Source: Candidatus Poribacteria bacterium
Lineage (GTDB): Bacteria > Poribacteria > WGA-4E > WGA-3G
DNA: 64,000 bases
Assembly (NCBI GenBank): GCA_965215265.1
Contig: OZ244048.1
Location: 1,440,001-1,504,000 of the forward strand
Direction of reading: 5' to 3'
Part shown: piece by piece, positions 1 through 10,974 of the stretch
Layout of the letters: the number at the start of each line of letters is the position of its first letter
Numbering within the stretch: position 1 is the first letter of the stretch
Program-made: the position numbers and the translations under genes
Notes under the pieces: model-generated
What the model saw: the letters and a program-made list of their open reading frames with translations, nothing else
Databases searched by the model: none
Told to the model about the DNA's origin: nothing

Positions 1-94
1 GAACCTAGCCTCTTTGCGAGGATGTCCTACCAAGTAAGTGCCAAATGTGTCTGATTGATACGTTATGACAAAACCGGCTACCTTTCAAATGGGG

Positions 95-2818
95 TTAGAT
101 GGGTTCTAACCGGACCGGACAAACCTTCAATTCAGCGGTATGTGTCACCGCATCGTATCCAGAACCAGTCAACCGGTTGACAGGTACATCCGCAAAACTG
201 AAACTCGCGAAGACGGTACCGCGCGGAGAACGTTTGGTGGCCTTGACTTTAATCGTGATACTCCCCCGTGCGCTCTGCATTCTGCACCACTCGCCATCGG
301 TTAACCCCCAGTTTTCAATATCAACGGGGTTCACCTCAACGGATTCTTCAGGTAATAGATAAGCGGTTCCGTGTGAGCGTCCTGTCTGTGTATGAGTGTG
401 ATAAGATTCCAACCGCCGGCCGGTTGTGAGCCATACAGGAAATTCGGCACTGATAGTTTCAGCGGGATGCCGATAATGCACTGTGGAAAAGATACCGCGT
501 CCATTGACAAACTCGTCTTCGTGCAACCTGGGCGTACCGGGGTGTGCTTTGTGAGGTACCGGCCACTGGTATTCGCCGGTCTCAATTCGTTCCCAATCCA
601 ACCCAGCATAAATAGGAGAGACCCGGCACAGTTCGTTAAAAATCGGTTTGGGGGACTCAAAATCGAAGCCTTCAACGCCTAAACGCTGTGCAATTTGACA
701 AATAATCCACCAATCCGGTTTAGCCTGGCCAGGTGGCTTTACTGCTGCTCGTAGACGTTGAACACGCCGTTCTGTATTGGTGCAGACACCATCCGTTTCA
801 CCCCACGCTGTCGCCGGTAGTACAATATCAGCCAATTCTGCAGTCTCTGTCAGGAAGATATCAATCACCACCAGATGCTCTAACGAACGTAGCGCGTGCT
901 CACAATGCTGGCGGTTCGGGTCGGAGAGGAGCGTGTTCTCCCCATCAATTAACATGGCATGGATGCTATCCCCACAGAGTTCTAAAGCGGTGACTTTGGT
1001 AATGCCCTTCTCCAATTCCACTTCTACGCCATACTCCTGCTTAAACTTTTCCTGATTCGCTGGATCTGTGACAGATTGGAAGCCGGGGTAATTGTTTGGG
1101 AGTGCGCCACTGTCGCCTGCCCCTTGGATGTTGTTTTGACCTCGCATGGGATTGATACCTGTTCCTTCCCGTCCAATATTCCCGGTCATCAGCACGAGGT
1201 TACATAGGCTCTGGACGTTTTCAACACCACAGATATGCTCCGTGATGCCGAGTGTATAATAGATTGCACCTTTATCTGCGGTGCCGTACCATATTGCTGC
1301 TTTTTCAATATCCTTTGCAGACACACCTGTAATGGTTTCCGCCCATTCCGGGGTCCACTGTGAGACATGTTCAAAGAACTGATTAAACCCGACTGTTCGC
1401 TTTTGAATAAATTCTTCATCAATCAATCCTTCGCGAGCGATGACGTGCGCCATTGCCAAAAGCAGTGCGCTGTCGGAGCCGACGCGTAGTGGGAGATAGA
1501 GATGCGACATCTGCGCTAACCCTATCCGCCGTGGATCTGCGACAATAAGTTTCGCACCTCCGGCGACAGCTTTTTTGAGTCCTGTCGCTGCGACTGGATG
1601 GCACTCTGTCATGTTCGTCCCGATACAGAAAATCACATCAGGCTTCTGCATATCGACGAGTGGGTTAGACATGGCGCCGCGTCCAATTGTCGCTGCCAGC
1701 CCGGCAACTGTTGGCGCGTGTCATGCCCTGCTGCAATTGTCAATGTAATTTGTACCAAACCCTGCGCGGATGAACTTCTGCATGAGGTAAGCAGCTTCAG
1801 TTGGTGCGCGTCCAGAAGCTACGCTGTAGATGCTGTGTTTTCCATGCGTATCCAGTACTTTGCGAAACCCCTCTGCTGCTTTGTCAAGTGCGACTTCCCA
1901 GGTCGTTTCATGCAGTTCTCCATCTTTGCCGCGCATGAGCGGCATGCTTAGGCGGTCGGAATGCTGCACGAAGTCGTATGCGAACTGGCCTTTTACACAG
2001 AGAGCGCCTTGATTGGCTGGACCATCCATCGCCGGATGGATGCCGACGATGTTATCATTCTTCGTCAAGACATCAACCGAGCAGCCAACGCCACAGTACC
2101 CGCATATCGTCCGTGTCTTCTCAATATCACCCGGAATCTCAGCTGCCCGGAGCGCTTTCTTATCAGCGAGTGCGCCTGTCGGGCATGTCTGGATGCACTG
2201 TCCGCAAAACGTACAAGCAGAATCTTTCAGAAGTCCATCGAATTCCGTGCTAATTTGCGTGTGGAAGCCGCGGTTCATGACCGTAATTGCATGATCGCCC
2301 TCCTGCTCTGCACAGACACGGACACAGCGATAGCAGGAAATGCACAGTTCGTAGTCACGCAGGATAAACGGATTATCATCGGATTTGCTTGTCCCGGATG
2401 TCGCGCCCGTTATCCGTGCCGATTTTCCGCCATACCCGTCACAGAGATGTGCGAGTTCACCAGACGCGTAGCCCCGTAATGGATTTACATCGACTTGACG
2501 GTTTTCGCTGGTAACCATTTCAAGGAGGGTTTTCCGATACGTTTCAATTGTCTCTGTTGCTGTCCGTATCACCATGCCTAATGCGGCTTTCGTTGTACAG
2601 GATGCGACTGGGTTCCGCGCGCCCTCCAATTCCACGATGCAGAGTCTACATCCGCCGAACGGCTCGAGCCGCGGATCATAACAGAGTGTTGGAATCTCTT
2701 TTTGATTCCGCTGTGCAACTTCTAATATCGTTTCACCGTCAGAAAAGTCGACTTCCTGGCCGTCAATTTTTAAGAACCCGCCGGCAAGCCGGTTTTGCGT
2801 CCTCTGTTTATGTGTCAT
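95..2818 (-). CDS. fdhF: Formate dehydrogenase alpha subunit (Mo/W-bisPGD), selenocysteine-containing, with N-terminal 2Fe-2S/4Fe-4S domains
   Basis: ORFs 1721..2833 and 95..1672 are in frame across TGA at 1721-1723 and read NCSRA-U-HAPTVAGLAATIGRGAMSN (FDH active-site Sec-His). Motifs CGYCGVGC, LCVKG, PMRGQNN. AGGAG SD precedes ATG at 2818. Confidence 0.93.
1678..1723 (-). promoter_or_regulatory. Sec UGA codon plus putative bacterial SECIS hairpin
   Basis: Minus strand TGA CACGCGCCAACAGTTGCCGGGCTGGCAGCGACAATTGG: stem GTTGCC/GGCAGC and CCAA/TTGG directly 3' of the UGA. Confidence 0.75.
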
Positions 2819-2904
2819 CGCGATACTCCTCACATTCGAGCTAAACTGTTAAAATCTATAGATCTGAAGTGATAATGTTTAGTTAGTCTTTATCTCCGTC
2901 TGCG

Positions 2905-3927
2905 CTAGTTTTTTCCATCTGCAGCTTCATTTTCACCAAAGTCGATTTGTGGGACGTTCAATTCCGCTGCAAGAATTTTGCGTTTGGCTTCTTCAACCAT
3001 ATTTTGAACTGCCTGAGGCACCTTATGTTTCAAATCTGGATTGTAGGACATAGCAATCGCGCCGTCGCTTGCCATGGTAACAACGTAGGCCTTTGGTTTG
3101 AAATTGCCCTCCTTGACCAGCTTAGCAATCTGCACAAATGCATGTGGCGTAATCACTGCATTTGCCAAGACGGTGGTGGGTGAAACTTGACTTTGGTCTT
3201 TGTTAGAACCGAAGGTGTAGACGGTGTTGCCTGAGGCCTGTGCGATTTCAGCTGCTTCAAATACGCCTCGTCCGGCTGCATCTGCGTTATGAAAGATAAA
3301 GTCTATGCCTTCATTAATTTGTGCTAGGGCCAACTCTTTTGCCTTCCCGATGTTTTCCCAATCGCCTACGTATGTCCAACGGACCTCTGCATCGGCGTTA
3401 ACACTTTTCACGCCGCCTTCAAAGGCCATAAACGTGCTATTCACGGAGGGAATATTCTGACCTCCGACAATCCCTATCTTACCGGTTTCACTCATCATGC
3501 CTGCCATAATTCCTAACAGATAGCTTGCTTGCTCCAGCCGAAAGATGATAGGCGAAACGTTCGGTAAAATTGTGCTTCCGGAAGAAGTAATAAAAACTGT
3601 TTCAGGAAAATCCGGTGCGACGGCTTTGGCCGGATCTTGATACTCATAGCCATGTCCAAAAATTAAATGATAGCCATCCAAAGCATACGCCCGAAAGTGT
3701 TCCTCCTGATCTGCGGGCGTGCGGCTCTCAACATGGCTAATTTGGGCATTGAGTTCCTTTTCAATCCCCTTGAGTCCTTCATAAGCCAAAGCGTTCCACC
3801 CTGCATCCGTAATTGACGCAGGCAGAAGCATGGCTACCTTAAATTCTTTTTCCTGATGCCCTTTCGCGTAGCTATTTATGTTCCCAACCAGTATCAATAC
3901 CATTATTAAAATAGTAATTTGTTTCAT
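2905..3927 (-). CDS. BMP-family (PnrA/TmpC-like) ABC substrate-binding protein
   Basis: N-terminal signal; D-x-G-W-N-x-x-x-Y-E-G, IFGHGYEY, FEGGVK and 'DFIFHNA' segments typical of the BMP family. Confidence 0.85.
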   Translation of the reverse strand: MKQITILIMVLILVGNINSYAKGHQEKEFKVAMLLPASITDAGWNALAYEGLKGIEKELNAQISHVESRTPADQEEHFRAYALDGYHLIFGHGYEYQDPAKAVAPDFPETVFITSSGSTILPNVSPIIFRLEQASYLLGIMAGMMSETGKIGIVGGQNIPSVNSTFMAFEGGVKSVNADAEVRWTYVGDWENIGKAKELALAQINEGIDFIFHNADAAGRGVFEAAEIAQASGNTVYTFGSNKDQSQVSPTTVLANAVITPHAFVQIAKLVKEGNFKPKAYVVTMASDGAIAMSYNPDLKHKVPQAVQNMVEEAKRKILAAELNVPQIDFGENEAADGKN

Positions 3928-4197
3928 AAGAATAACTCCTCTTCACTTTAAAGTTTTGAGATAGTATAGCATAAGCCTATGAAAAATGCAAAGAATGTGT
4001 GTTGAATTGCCATTTGAACTCGGGTTTGGCGAGGGCCTGTTTGTAAAAAAGAGCAAAAGGCAACGCTCAACGTATCTCAAAAATGGCGACTTCTGTGGCC
4101 GGTGTGTTGTTGGGTGCCTGAATCAGAGGCGATCCTGTTTCTTTTGGAACTATCCTCTAATAAAAAAAGCAATTTTCAAAGGTGTTCCGACTTTCCA

Positions 4198-5634
4198 CTA
4201 CATCTGTGCCAACTTATTCTGAAGCCAGCGCGTCATCGGTGCATATGCCGGGTCACAGACTTCGATGAAATGTCCGGGCAAAGGCTGCCCAATCAACGCC
4301 TCAACATCGCGCCGTCGCTCTGAAACTACCGTAGGATGTTGAGTCGCAACGTTGACTTTCTCCTCCGGATCGTTTCGCACGTCAAACAACTCGTCGCCTC
4401 GTTCATCGTTATAGCCGACCGAGGTACAGAAGTTCCAGTGGTTATCACGTACACTGACACGTCCGCGTGCGTTGCCCGTTGCAAATCCCGCCCATCCGGT
4501 GATGATGCGTTCCCGTAAGAACGCCTTCTCTTGGGTAACGAGCTGCCAGATGTCTTCGCCATCGGTCCAGCTGCAAGGGATTCCGACTTGATTGAGGAGT
4601 GTTGGCATCAGATCATGATTCTGGACAAACGCAGAGACCGCATGATCTTGGGGGCCATCGGGGTGCCGTATCATTAGATTGAGCTGCGTATTGAATGGAT
4701 GCAATTTGTTAGCGCCTTTCCCGAAGCTGCCATGGTCGCGAAGCTGCGTCCCGTGGTCTGACATCAGTACAAGCATCGTGTTGTCTTGTAGATTGAGACT
4801 GCTAATTTTGTTCAGTAGCATGCCTACCCACTTATCCACGAACGTTACCTCGCCGAGGTAGAGTGCCTCGATTCGGCGGAGTTCGTCTTCGGTGGGCCCG
4901 TCGCCTTCGTATGCGCTGCCGGGTGTGATGAAATCCTTCCCCGAATAGTCTGGAAAATAGAGATCCGCGTATGCCTTAGGTGCATCCCACGGTTCATGCG
5001 GGTCAAAGCTGTCTACCCAGAGGAAGAAGGGGCCAAGGGTGTAGTTATCATCAAGCCAGTCGGCGGCGGCGCGGAAAACGCGTGCGCAACTGTAATCTTC
5101 TTCGGATGGACGGTGCCGTTGACACAAGAGATAGTTGACTAAGCCGGCGTGCCGTGGCCAATTTATCGGTTCTCGGACATGCTTCCGGAGCTGTGCTTGG
5201 ATTGAGCGCGGATCGCCGCTCCGCCAATTATCGGATTCCTGGCCTCGGATAAAATCAAGATGCGCGAACCCACGCGAGAAGTTCATCGTAGGTTTGAACA
5301 TGTGATAGGTATCGGCAATTAGCGCAGTTAGATAACCGTGCTCTAGTAGTACCTCTGCGAGAGTATGCTGCTCTGGTGGGATTTTATGCCATCCTGGGGC
5401 GTGGTGCCAATGTCCGCGGCGGTCGAAGTTATACCGCCAGGGGAAACTCCGCATCCCCGTAAAGTTTCCGCGGCGCACTTGAAGCGTGGGTTGTCCTTCA
5501 CCAAAAGCACGCGTGAACCGGACGCTCTCTGATGCGAATGCATCGAGATTGGGCGTTTGCACGTGACTATATTTTTTCCCTTGACCGATGATATCGGCTC
5601 GAAACGTGTCTAAACAGATACAGATAATGTTCAT
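4198..5634 (-). CDS. Sulfatase-like / alkaline phosphatase superfamily hydrolase
   Basis: NIICICLDTFRAD, TPNLD, FDPHEPW, SDHG, ELFDVRNDPEEKVNVA. The canonical C/S-x-P-x-R motif is replaced by TLQVR. Confidence 0.85.
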   Translation of the reverse strand: MNIICICLDTFRADIIGQGKKYSHVQTPNLDAFASESVRFTRAFGEGQPTLQVRRGNFTGMRSFPWRYNFDRRGHWHHAPGWHKIPPEQHTLAEVLLEHGYLTALIADTYHMFKPTMNFSRGFAHLDFIRGQESDNWRSGDPRSIQAQLRKHVREPINWPRHAGLVNYLLCQRHRPSEEDYSCARVFRAAADWLDDNYTLGPFFLWVDSFDPHEPWDAPKAYADLYFPDYSGKDFITPGSAYEGDGPTEDELRRIEALYLGEVTFVDKWVGMLLNKISSLNLQDNTMLVLMSDHGTQLRDHGSFGKGANKLHPFNTQLNLMIRHPDGPQDHAVSAFVQNHDLMPTLLNQVGIPCSWTDGEDIWQLVTQEKAFLRERIITGWAGFATGNARGRVSVRDNHWNFCTSVGYNDERGDELFDVRNDPEEKVNVATQHPTVVSERRRDVEALIGQPLPGHFIEVCDPAYAPMTRWLQNKLAQM

Positions 5635-5638
5635 AGGT

Positions 5639-6352
5639 TTATACCACTCCCATTTCGTTCAAAATCTGTCTTGTGGCTGCTATTGGATTTTCAGCATGAA
5701 TAATGGGTCTGCCGACAACGATGTAATCGGCCCCTCGATTTATTGCCTCTTTGGGAGTTGTTAGCCGTCGCTGATCTCCTGGGGCTGCCCATTCCGGACG
5801 TATGCCGGGGGTGACAATCAAAAAATCGTCGCCACATGCCTCACGAATCGGCTCAATTTCTAACGGTGAAGCGACTACCCCATCCAATCCTGCCTTTCTG
5901 GTCTGCTCTGACAGATAAACCACTTGTTTCGTAACTGTTCTTTCAGAGGCGAAGTTTGCTTGCAATTCCGTTTCCGTCATGCTCGTCAGCACTGTGACAC
6001 CGAGCAAGATCGGACGGGGGATGCCAGCAGCATCGGCTGCATCCGCTGCGCTGCGTTTCGCAGCATACATCATGTCAAATCCGCCGGAGGCATGCATATT
6101 GATCATGTGTGCGCCGTGCTTTGTCATGGTGCCGACATCCCGTGCCACAGTATTCGGAATGTCGTGGAACTTCAGGTCAAGAAAGACTTGATGTCCGCGA
6201 TCGCTGAGCCGACTCAAGGATGCCGGACCGAGGCGACTAAATGCCTGAAAACCGAGTTTGACCCAGGGCACCATATTAACTAGCGTTTGGGATAACCCAT
6301 CAATTTTCTCTAGATTATCAGTGTCTAATGCAACAATGAGTCTGTCTCTCAA
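5639..6352 (-). CDS. pyrF: Orotidine-5'-phosphate decarboxylase
   Basis: LIVALD, FLDLKFHDIPNT, VTPGIR, GDQRR, YIVVGRPI; GGAGG SD before the TTG start. Confidence 0.96.
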   Translation of the reverse strand: MRDRLIVALDTDNLEKIDGLSQTLVNMVPWVKLGFQAFSRLGPASLSRLSDRGHQVFLDLKFHDIPNTVARDVGTMTKHGAHMINMHASGGFDMMYAAKRSAADAADAAGIPRPILLGVTVLTSMTETELQANFASERTVTKQVVYLSEQTRKAGLDGVVASPLEIEPIREACGDDFLIVTPGIRPEWAAPGDQRRLTTPKEAINRGADYIVVGRPIIHAENPIAATRQILNEMGVV

Positions 6353-6443
6353 TTTTTACCTCCGCTATTCGTGATGTTTTTTTGCTTATGGGACGGCTGA
6401 CAAATACCTCCAGTCCACTATCGCTGCTACAATACCTGCGAAC

Positions 6444-7934
6444 CTATTTCCGTAACACTGCCTGAACCATCTGCAGTGTTTCTCGGTGCGCGTCCTGAAT
6501 CTGCGTTTGGCAGGTATCGAGCTGTTCAAGAATCTGATTCAACTGCTTTTCAAAGCGAGTTATCATCCGGCGTACCTCTGCTGGTGAGGTGCCGCCAAGG
6601 CTTCGGTTGTTTTGAAGTGCGAACAGCGCATCCAGAATCTGTTTCAATTGTGCTATAGGGATATCAAGTCCTCTCTGTTTCAAGAGCGTGTGGGTTGTCT
6701 CCCAATCTGCGAACGTTTTCTGCTGCTGGACGAGTTCTCCAACGAGCGATCCGACAATTTCGTGGCATTGTCGAAAACTGAGTCCGTGTTCTGTGACGAG
6801 ATAGTTGGCGAGTTCTGTCGCGGTTGCGAAGTTTGCGTTCGCCAGTTCTGCCATGCGTTCGGTTTTGAAATCTATTGTCTGGAGCAGCGAGGTTAACATA
6901 CCGAGGCACGCCTTCACGATGTCGAACGCCTCCCACAAGGGTGGTTTATCTTCCTGAAAATCGCGATTGTAACCGAGGGGTAAGCCTTTAAGATTCGTCA
7001 ATAGGTCAAACAAAGCGCCGTAGACTCGCCCGGTGCGTCCGCGTGTCAGTTCTGCTATGTCTGGATTCTTCTTCTGCGGCATGATAGAACTTCCGAAGCT
7101 ATAGGCATCGTCCAGTATCGCCATCCCGAATTCGTAGGTTGTCCAATAGACGAGTTCTTCGCTGATACGCGATAGGTTTGCCATCAATAGCGAGAGCGCA
7201 AACAGCGTCTCTGCGATAAAATCTCGGCTGCTGATGACATCCAGGGCGTGTTCATGTGGTGCGTCAAAGCCGAGTAGTTTCGTCGTGAGCTGCCGGTCGA
7301 TGTGGAACGTTGTGCCTGCCAAAGCACATGCCCCGAGAGGGTTCATGTTTGCAAGGGCGTAGGCGGCTTGCAACCGTTTGAGATCCCGCAAAAATATGCT
7401 CACATAAGCAGTCGCCCAGAAGCCGAGGCTAATAGGCTGCGCGTGCTGTGTATGCGTATAGCCGGGCATGACGGTGGTATCATGTTGCCCTGCAATCTTT
7501 AGGAACGCATCACACAGGCGGGAGAGCACGCGCTGAACATTGAGGATCTCTTCCCGAATGTAAAGATGTGCATCCACAAGTACCTGATCGTTCCGGGAGC
7601 GGGCTGTGTGAAGTTTTCCCCCAAATTCGCGTCCAGCGTTCTCAATCAGATACGATTCGACGTTCATGTGAACGTCTTCTTTATTCGCATCGAGCGTCAG
7701 GTTTCCGTTCTCAAAATCTTCTTCTGCCTTTTGGAGGCCCTGCAAAATCTCGCGCAGGTCTTCATCAGAGATAATGCGTTGCTGCGCGAGCATAATGGCG
7801 TGTACTTGGCTTCCCCAGATATCGTACTGGATTAAGCGGGTATCCGCTTCAATGGACTGCGTAAATGCTACCGTTTCGTTAGTGAGTCCAGTGTTAAAAC
7901 GGCCGCCCCAAAGTGTTTTTTGTGGTGTTTCCAT
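6444..7934 (-). CDS. argH: Argininosuccinate lyase
   Basis: LWGGRF, LHTARSRNDQ, PGYTH, GSSIMPQKKNPD, YNRDFQEDK. Confidence 0.97.
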   Translation of the reverse strand: METPQKTLWGGRFNTGLTNETVAFTQSIEADTRLIQYDIWGSQVHAIMLAQQRIISDEDLREILQGLQKAEEDFENGNLTLDANKEDVHMNVESYLIENAGREFGGKLHTARSRNDQVLVDAHLYIREEILNVQRVLSRLCDAFLKIAGQHDTTVMPGYTHTQHAQPISLGFWATAYVSIFLRDLKRLQAAYALANMNPLGACALAGTTFHIDRQLTTKLLGFDAPHEHALDVISSRDFIAETLFALSLLMANLSRISEELVYWTTYEFGMAILDDAYSFGSSIMPQKKNPDIAELTRGRTGRVYGALFDLLTNLKGLPLGYNRDFQEDKPPLWEAFDIVKACLGMLTSLLQTIDFKTERMAELANANFATATELANYLVTEHGLSFRQCHEIVGSLVGELVQQQKTFADWETTHTLLKQRGLDIPIAQLKQILDALFALQNNRSLGGTSPAEVRRMITRFEKQLNQILEQLDTCQTQIQDAHRETLQMVQAVLRK

Positions 7935-8061
7935 ATTTTGTAGATGTTGGGACACAGAAAATTTTACCGTGAAGTGTGCGGTTACTTGTAAAACGTCTGA
8001 AGCCAATTTGGATCTACGGCACCCGGTAGTGCTTGATTAACAGTCCCAATTCGTTCGTTCT

Positions 8062-8919
8062 TTACTTTACGGTTGTCGGCCGGCGCGGCGGCATCGGTTG
8101 AATAATTTTCCGCTGCTCAGGGGTCAACTGTTCCAATAATGTATCCGAATGTGGGTAGTCAAATCGCTCACGGACGTACTTGGGAGAATAGCGATACACA
8201 ATAGAGCGGCGATAGCCAGGATTTGTCCGTTCTGCGGAGCCGTGCGTAATCGCATCGGTAAACATTACGACATCTCCGGCCTTGAGGTAAATCTCTTTTG
8301 TAGCCTCGGCAGTGCCTGCCGGCTTGCCGCTGATGCCGTCGTAGACTAAGCCTTTCCCATTAACCTTCAAGCGCGGATGAATCTCTGTGCAGTTATGGCT
8401 CCCTGGAATTAGAACAGGGGGTCCATCTCCGTGCCCGATATCGTTAATTGCCATCAGTACATTAATCTGCCCTACCATCCACTGCCCGGTGTTCTCTTGG
8501 CGGAAAGTGAGATAGCTCAGCGGTACGTGGCCGCCGCAGTGTATATGAATGAACCCGCCTGTGCCACGAACGTTGAGGAAATTCTCGTGAATAGAAAGTC
8601 CATTGACTTCGGAATGAATATACTTCTGAACTAATTCGATCCACGCTGGATGGTTGATGAGTTTCCGGAAAACGGTGCCGCCTTCAATGATGTTTTGAAA
8701 ATTAACGCCGTTTTCGACATTGTAGGTGTGCGTCTCGATATTGCCAATCCAACGTGGGATTCTGTTGTTGTCAGTATTTTCGGTCCACGGTTCTTCAACG
8801 TAAGCCCAATGTTGATCGATCCATAGGTTTATTTCCTGCAGATCGTCTTCGGAAATCGCGTTTTCTAAAATCAGATATCCGTGCAAATCGAAGAGATAAT
8901 CGTGTAAATCGTGGCTCAT
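8062..8919 (-). CDS. Phytanoyl-CoA dioxygenase (PhyH) family protein
   Basis: FDLHGYLILENA, LIPGSH, KAGDVVMFTDAITHGS, RRSIVYRY. Confidence 0.85.
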   Translation of the reverse strand: MSHDLHDYLFDLHGYLILENAISEDDLQEINLWIDQHWAYVEEPWTENTDNNRIPRWIGNIETHTYNVENGVNFQNIIEGGTVFRKLINHPAWIELVQKYIHSEVNGLSIHENFLNVRGTGGFIHIHCGGHVPLSYLTFRQENTGQWMVGQINVLMAINDIGHGDGPPVLIPGSHNCTEIHPRLKVNGKGLVYDGISGKPAGTAEATKEIYLKAGDVVMFTDAITHGSAERTNPGYRRSIVYRYSPKYVRERFDYPHSDTLLEQLTPEQRKIIQPMPPRRPTTVK

Positions 8920-8959
8920 GTTAGATCTCCAGAGTCGCGCTGTAGCGGTGTGCGTGTGT

Positions 8960-9763
8960 TTATAGGTACGCGTCCAATTTGGCTGCAGTGGGTGTTGGCG
9001 TAGTAATTCCGTTTTCAGGGATTTCTACCTTTGCTGTCCAGGCGATGGCGTTAAGAATAAACTTACGTAGCCGATCGTCAGCCCAATTGCGATGAAGGTG
9101 CCCGCCCGTAAACCCGACCCCCCGGCCGCCATCAGCACGCTCAACGCACCACGCTAGATGTTGTGGTTCACCGTTCGCCACGGATGTGCGAACATGCGGG
9201 TTGCCACTGTGCGGTCCGTCGAGTCTTGTTAACGTTGTCTCAGGCGCGATTGTGCTCAATAGCGGTGTTACGCCGTGCATATTTTCACGAAACCGCATGT
9301 GGTAGTACCACTCATCTTCTAATGAAAAAGGTTCTAATCCACGCGTTACGGGATGCAGTGGAAACCCGGTAAACGTTGCTGTCCAGTAAGGATTAACCGA
9401 GAGATGTGTCTCAAAGTAACCGCCGATCCAATCTAAAAAGCGATCGCCGGGTTCCCCCTTGGGTACTTCCACTGCGTAGTGCAGCATTGCGAGCCCGATG
9501 CCGTGCGCCATCAATTGACTGAGCTGCGCGAGGTGGGGAATCGCCAGATGCCGTGCCCCGCCATCCGAGTATACAATAATTGCATCGGTATCCTCAAAGA
9601 CGGCAGGATCCGCCGGCCAGCCTTGATATACGACTGCTTGGACATTTTCCACCGTAGTATTCAGCATATCTGCGAGAAAAGCACAGCCACCGGGATGCTC
9701 GTGTGCTCCACCTCCATGGCTCGCCTTTCCTGCAATCAGAACGATTCGAGATTTCTGTGCCAT
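8960..9763 (-). CDS. ThuA-like (trehalose utilisation / glutamine amidotransferase fold) protein
   Basis: SHGGGAHEH, HPVTRGL, DEWYYHMRF, GFTGGH. Confidence 0.8.
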   Translation of the reverse strand: MAQKSRIVLIAGKASHGGGAHEHPGGCAFLADMLNTTVENVQAVVYQGWPADPAVFEDTDAIIVYSDGGARHLAIPHLAQLSQLMAHGIGLAMLHYAVEVPKGEPGDRFLDWIGGYFETHLSVNPYWTATFTGFPLHPVTRGLEPFSLEDEWYYHMRFRENMHGVTPLLSTIAPETTLTRLDGPHSGNPHVRTSVANGEPQHLAWCVERADGGRGVGFTGGHLHRNWADDRLRKFILNAIAWTAKVEIPENGITTPTPTAAKLDAYL

Positions 9764-9915
9764 ATTCTCTCCTTTTTCACGTTTGTGCTTGATTACCGTT
9801 TTGCAACATTATAATTATACATGTCTTCGTTGCTGCTGTCAATTTTTTATAATTGACAAACCGCTGTAAAACTACTAAAATAATATCAAATCCTATCCAA
9901 TAAAGGAGCAATACC

Positions 9916-10764
9916 GTGCAAAGTTTCAAAATCGTCGATACCCATGTGCATCTCTGGCATCCTAAGCAATTCAGGTATCCATGGCTCTCGGAAGTACCGG
10001 TGCTAAACAGACCTTATCTACTAAAAGACTACACCGCCGCACATGGAGAAATCCCTATTGAGGCCCTGGTTTTCGTCCAATGCGATACGCATCCGGATGA
10101 TGGCTTGAAGGAGACTGCCTGGGTCACCTCACTGTCCTCGGTGGCTCGGCGTATCCGGGGCATAGTCGCTTGGGCCCCGCTAGAAGAAGGTGAAGCTGTT
10201 GTCCCGTTTGTAGAGAAATTAGCAGAGAACCCGCTTGTGAAAGGTGTCCGCCGCCTCATCCAGTCGGAGAGCATCGATTTCTGTATCCAACCGGCCTTTG
10301 TCGACGGTGTCAAGACGCTCGCTCACTACCGATTAAGTTTTGATATTTGTATTTTCCATCCGCAGCTTGCCAACGCAATCCGGTTGGTTGAACAGTGCCC
10401 GGATGTCCAATTTATCTTGGATCATATTGGCAAACCGGACATCAAAAATCAACTGTTTGAACCGTGGAAGCAAGAAATCCGGAGGTTATCGGAGTATCCG
10501 AATGTCCATTGCAAAATCTCTGGAGTCGTGACGGAGGCTGACCTCGCGCAGTGGGAAGCTGTGCACTTACAGCCGTATATTGAGCATGTCATTGACTGCT
10601 TCAGTTTTGACCGGGTAATATACGGTAGCGATTGGCCCGTCTGCACACAAGCGACGGATTACCCGCGTTGGGTTGACACACTGCAAGAGATTGTTGCGGG
10701 CTGTTCACCGGCGGAGTTAAAAAAACTATTCCACGACAACGCTATCAAGTTTTACAGACTTTAA
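9916..10764 (+). CDS. Amidohydrolase_2 family (sugar lactonase-like)
   Basis: DTHVHLW, LDHIGKP, CKISG, YGSDWPV; AAGGAG SD. Confidence 0.88.
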   Translation: MQSFKIVDTHVHLWHPKQFRYPWLSEVPVLNRPYLLKDYTAAHGEIPIEALVFVQCDTHPDDGLKETAWVTSLSSVARRIRGIVAWAPLEEGEAVVPFVEKLAENPLVKGVRRLIQSESIDFCIQPAFVDGVKTLAHYRLSFDICIFHPQLANAIRLVEQCPDVQFILDHIGKPDIKNQLFEPWKQEIRRLSEYPNVHCKISGVVTEADLAQWEAVHLQPYIEHVIDCFSFDRVIYGSDWPVCTQATDYPRWVDTLQEIVAGCSPAELKKLFHDNAIKFYRL

Positions 10765-10974
10765 CTCCTTTTCCGGAATAAGTGGACATGCTGGTTCTTT
10801 TTTGCTTGACAAAGGGTAAGCGGATTTTGCATTTGCGGTTGATTTGGCTAAGGGTGCAGGTTTGTCTTATACTTCTACTTCTAGAACGCTGCGATGGATA
10901 CAAAACCGATTTTAACAAACTTTAGCACACTGTATGTGCGGTGGCAGCGCTTCCTTATAGACAAACTTACATTC

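Noticed and set aside
1672-1723. fdh as a pseudogene or two separate genes
   Set aside because: The stop is a UGA at the catalytic Sec position, in frame, with a downstream hairpin.
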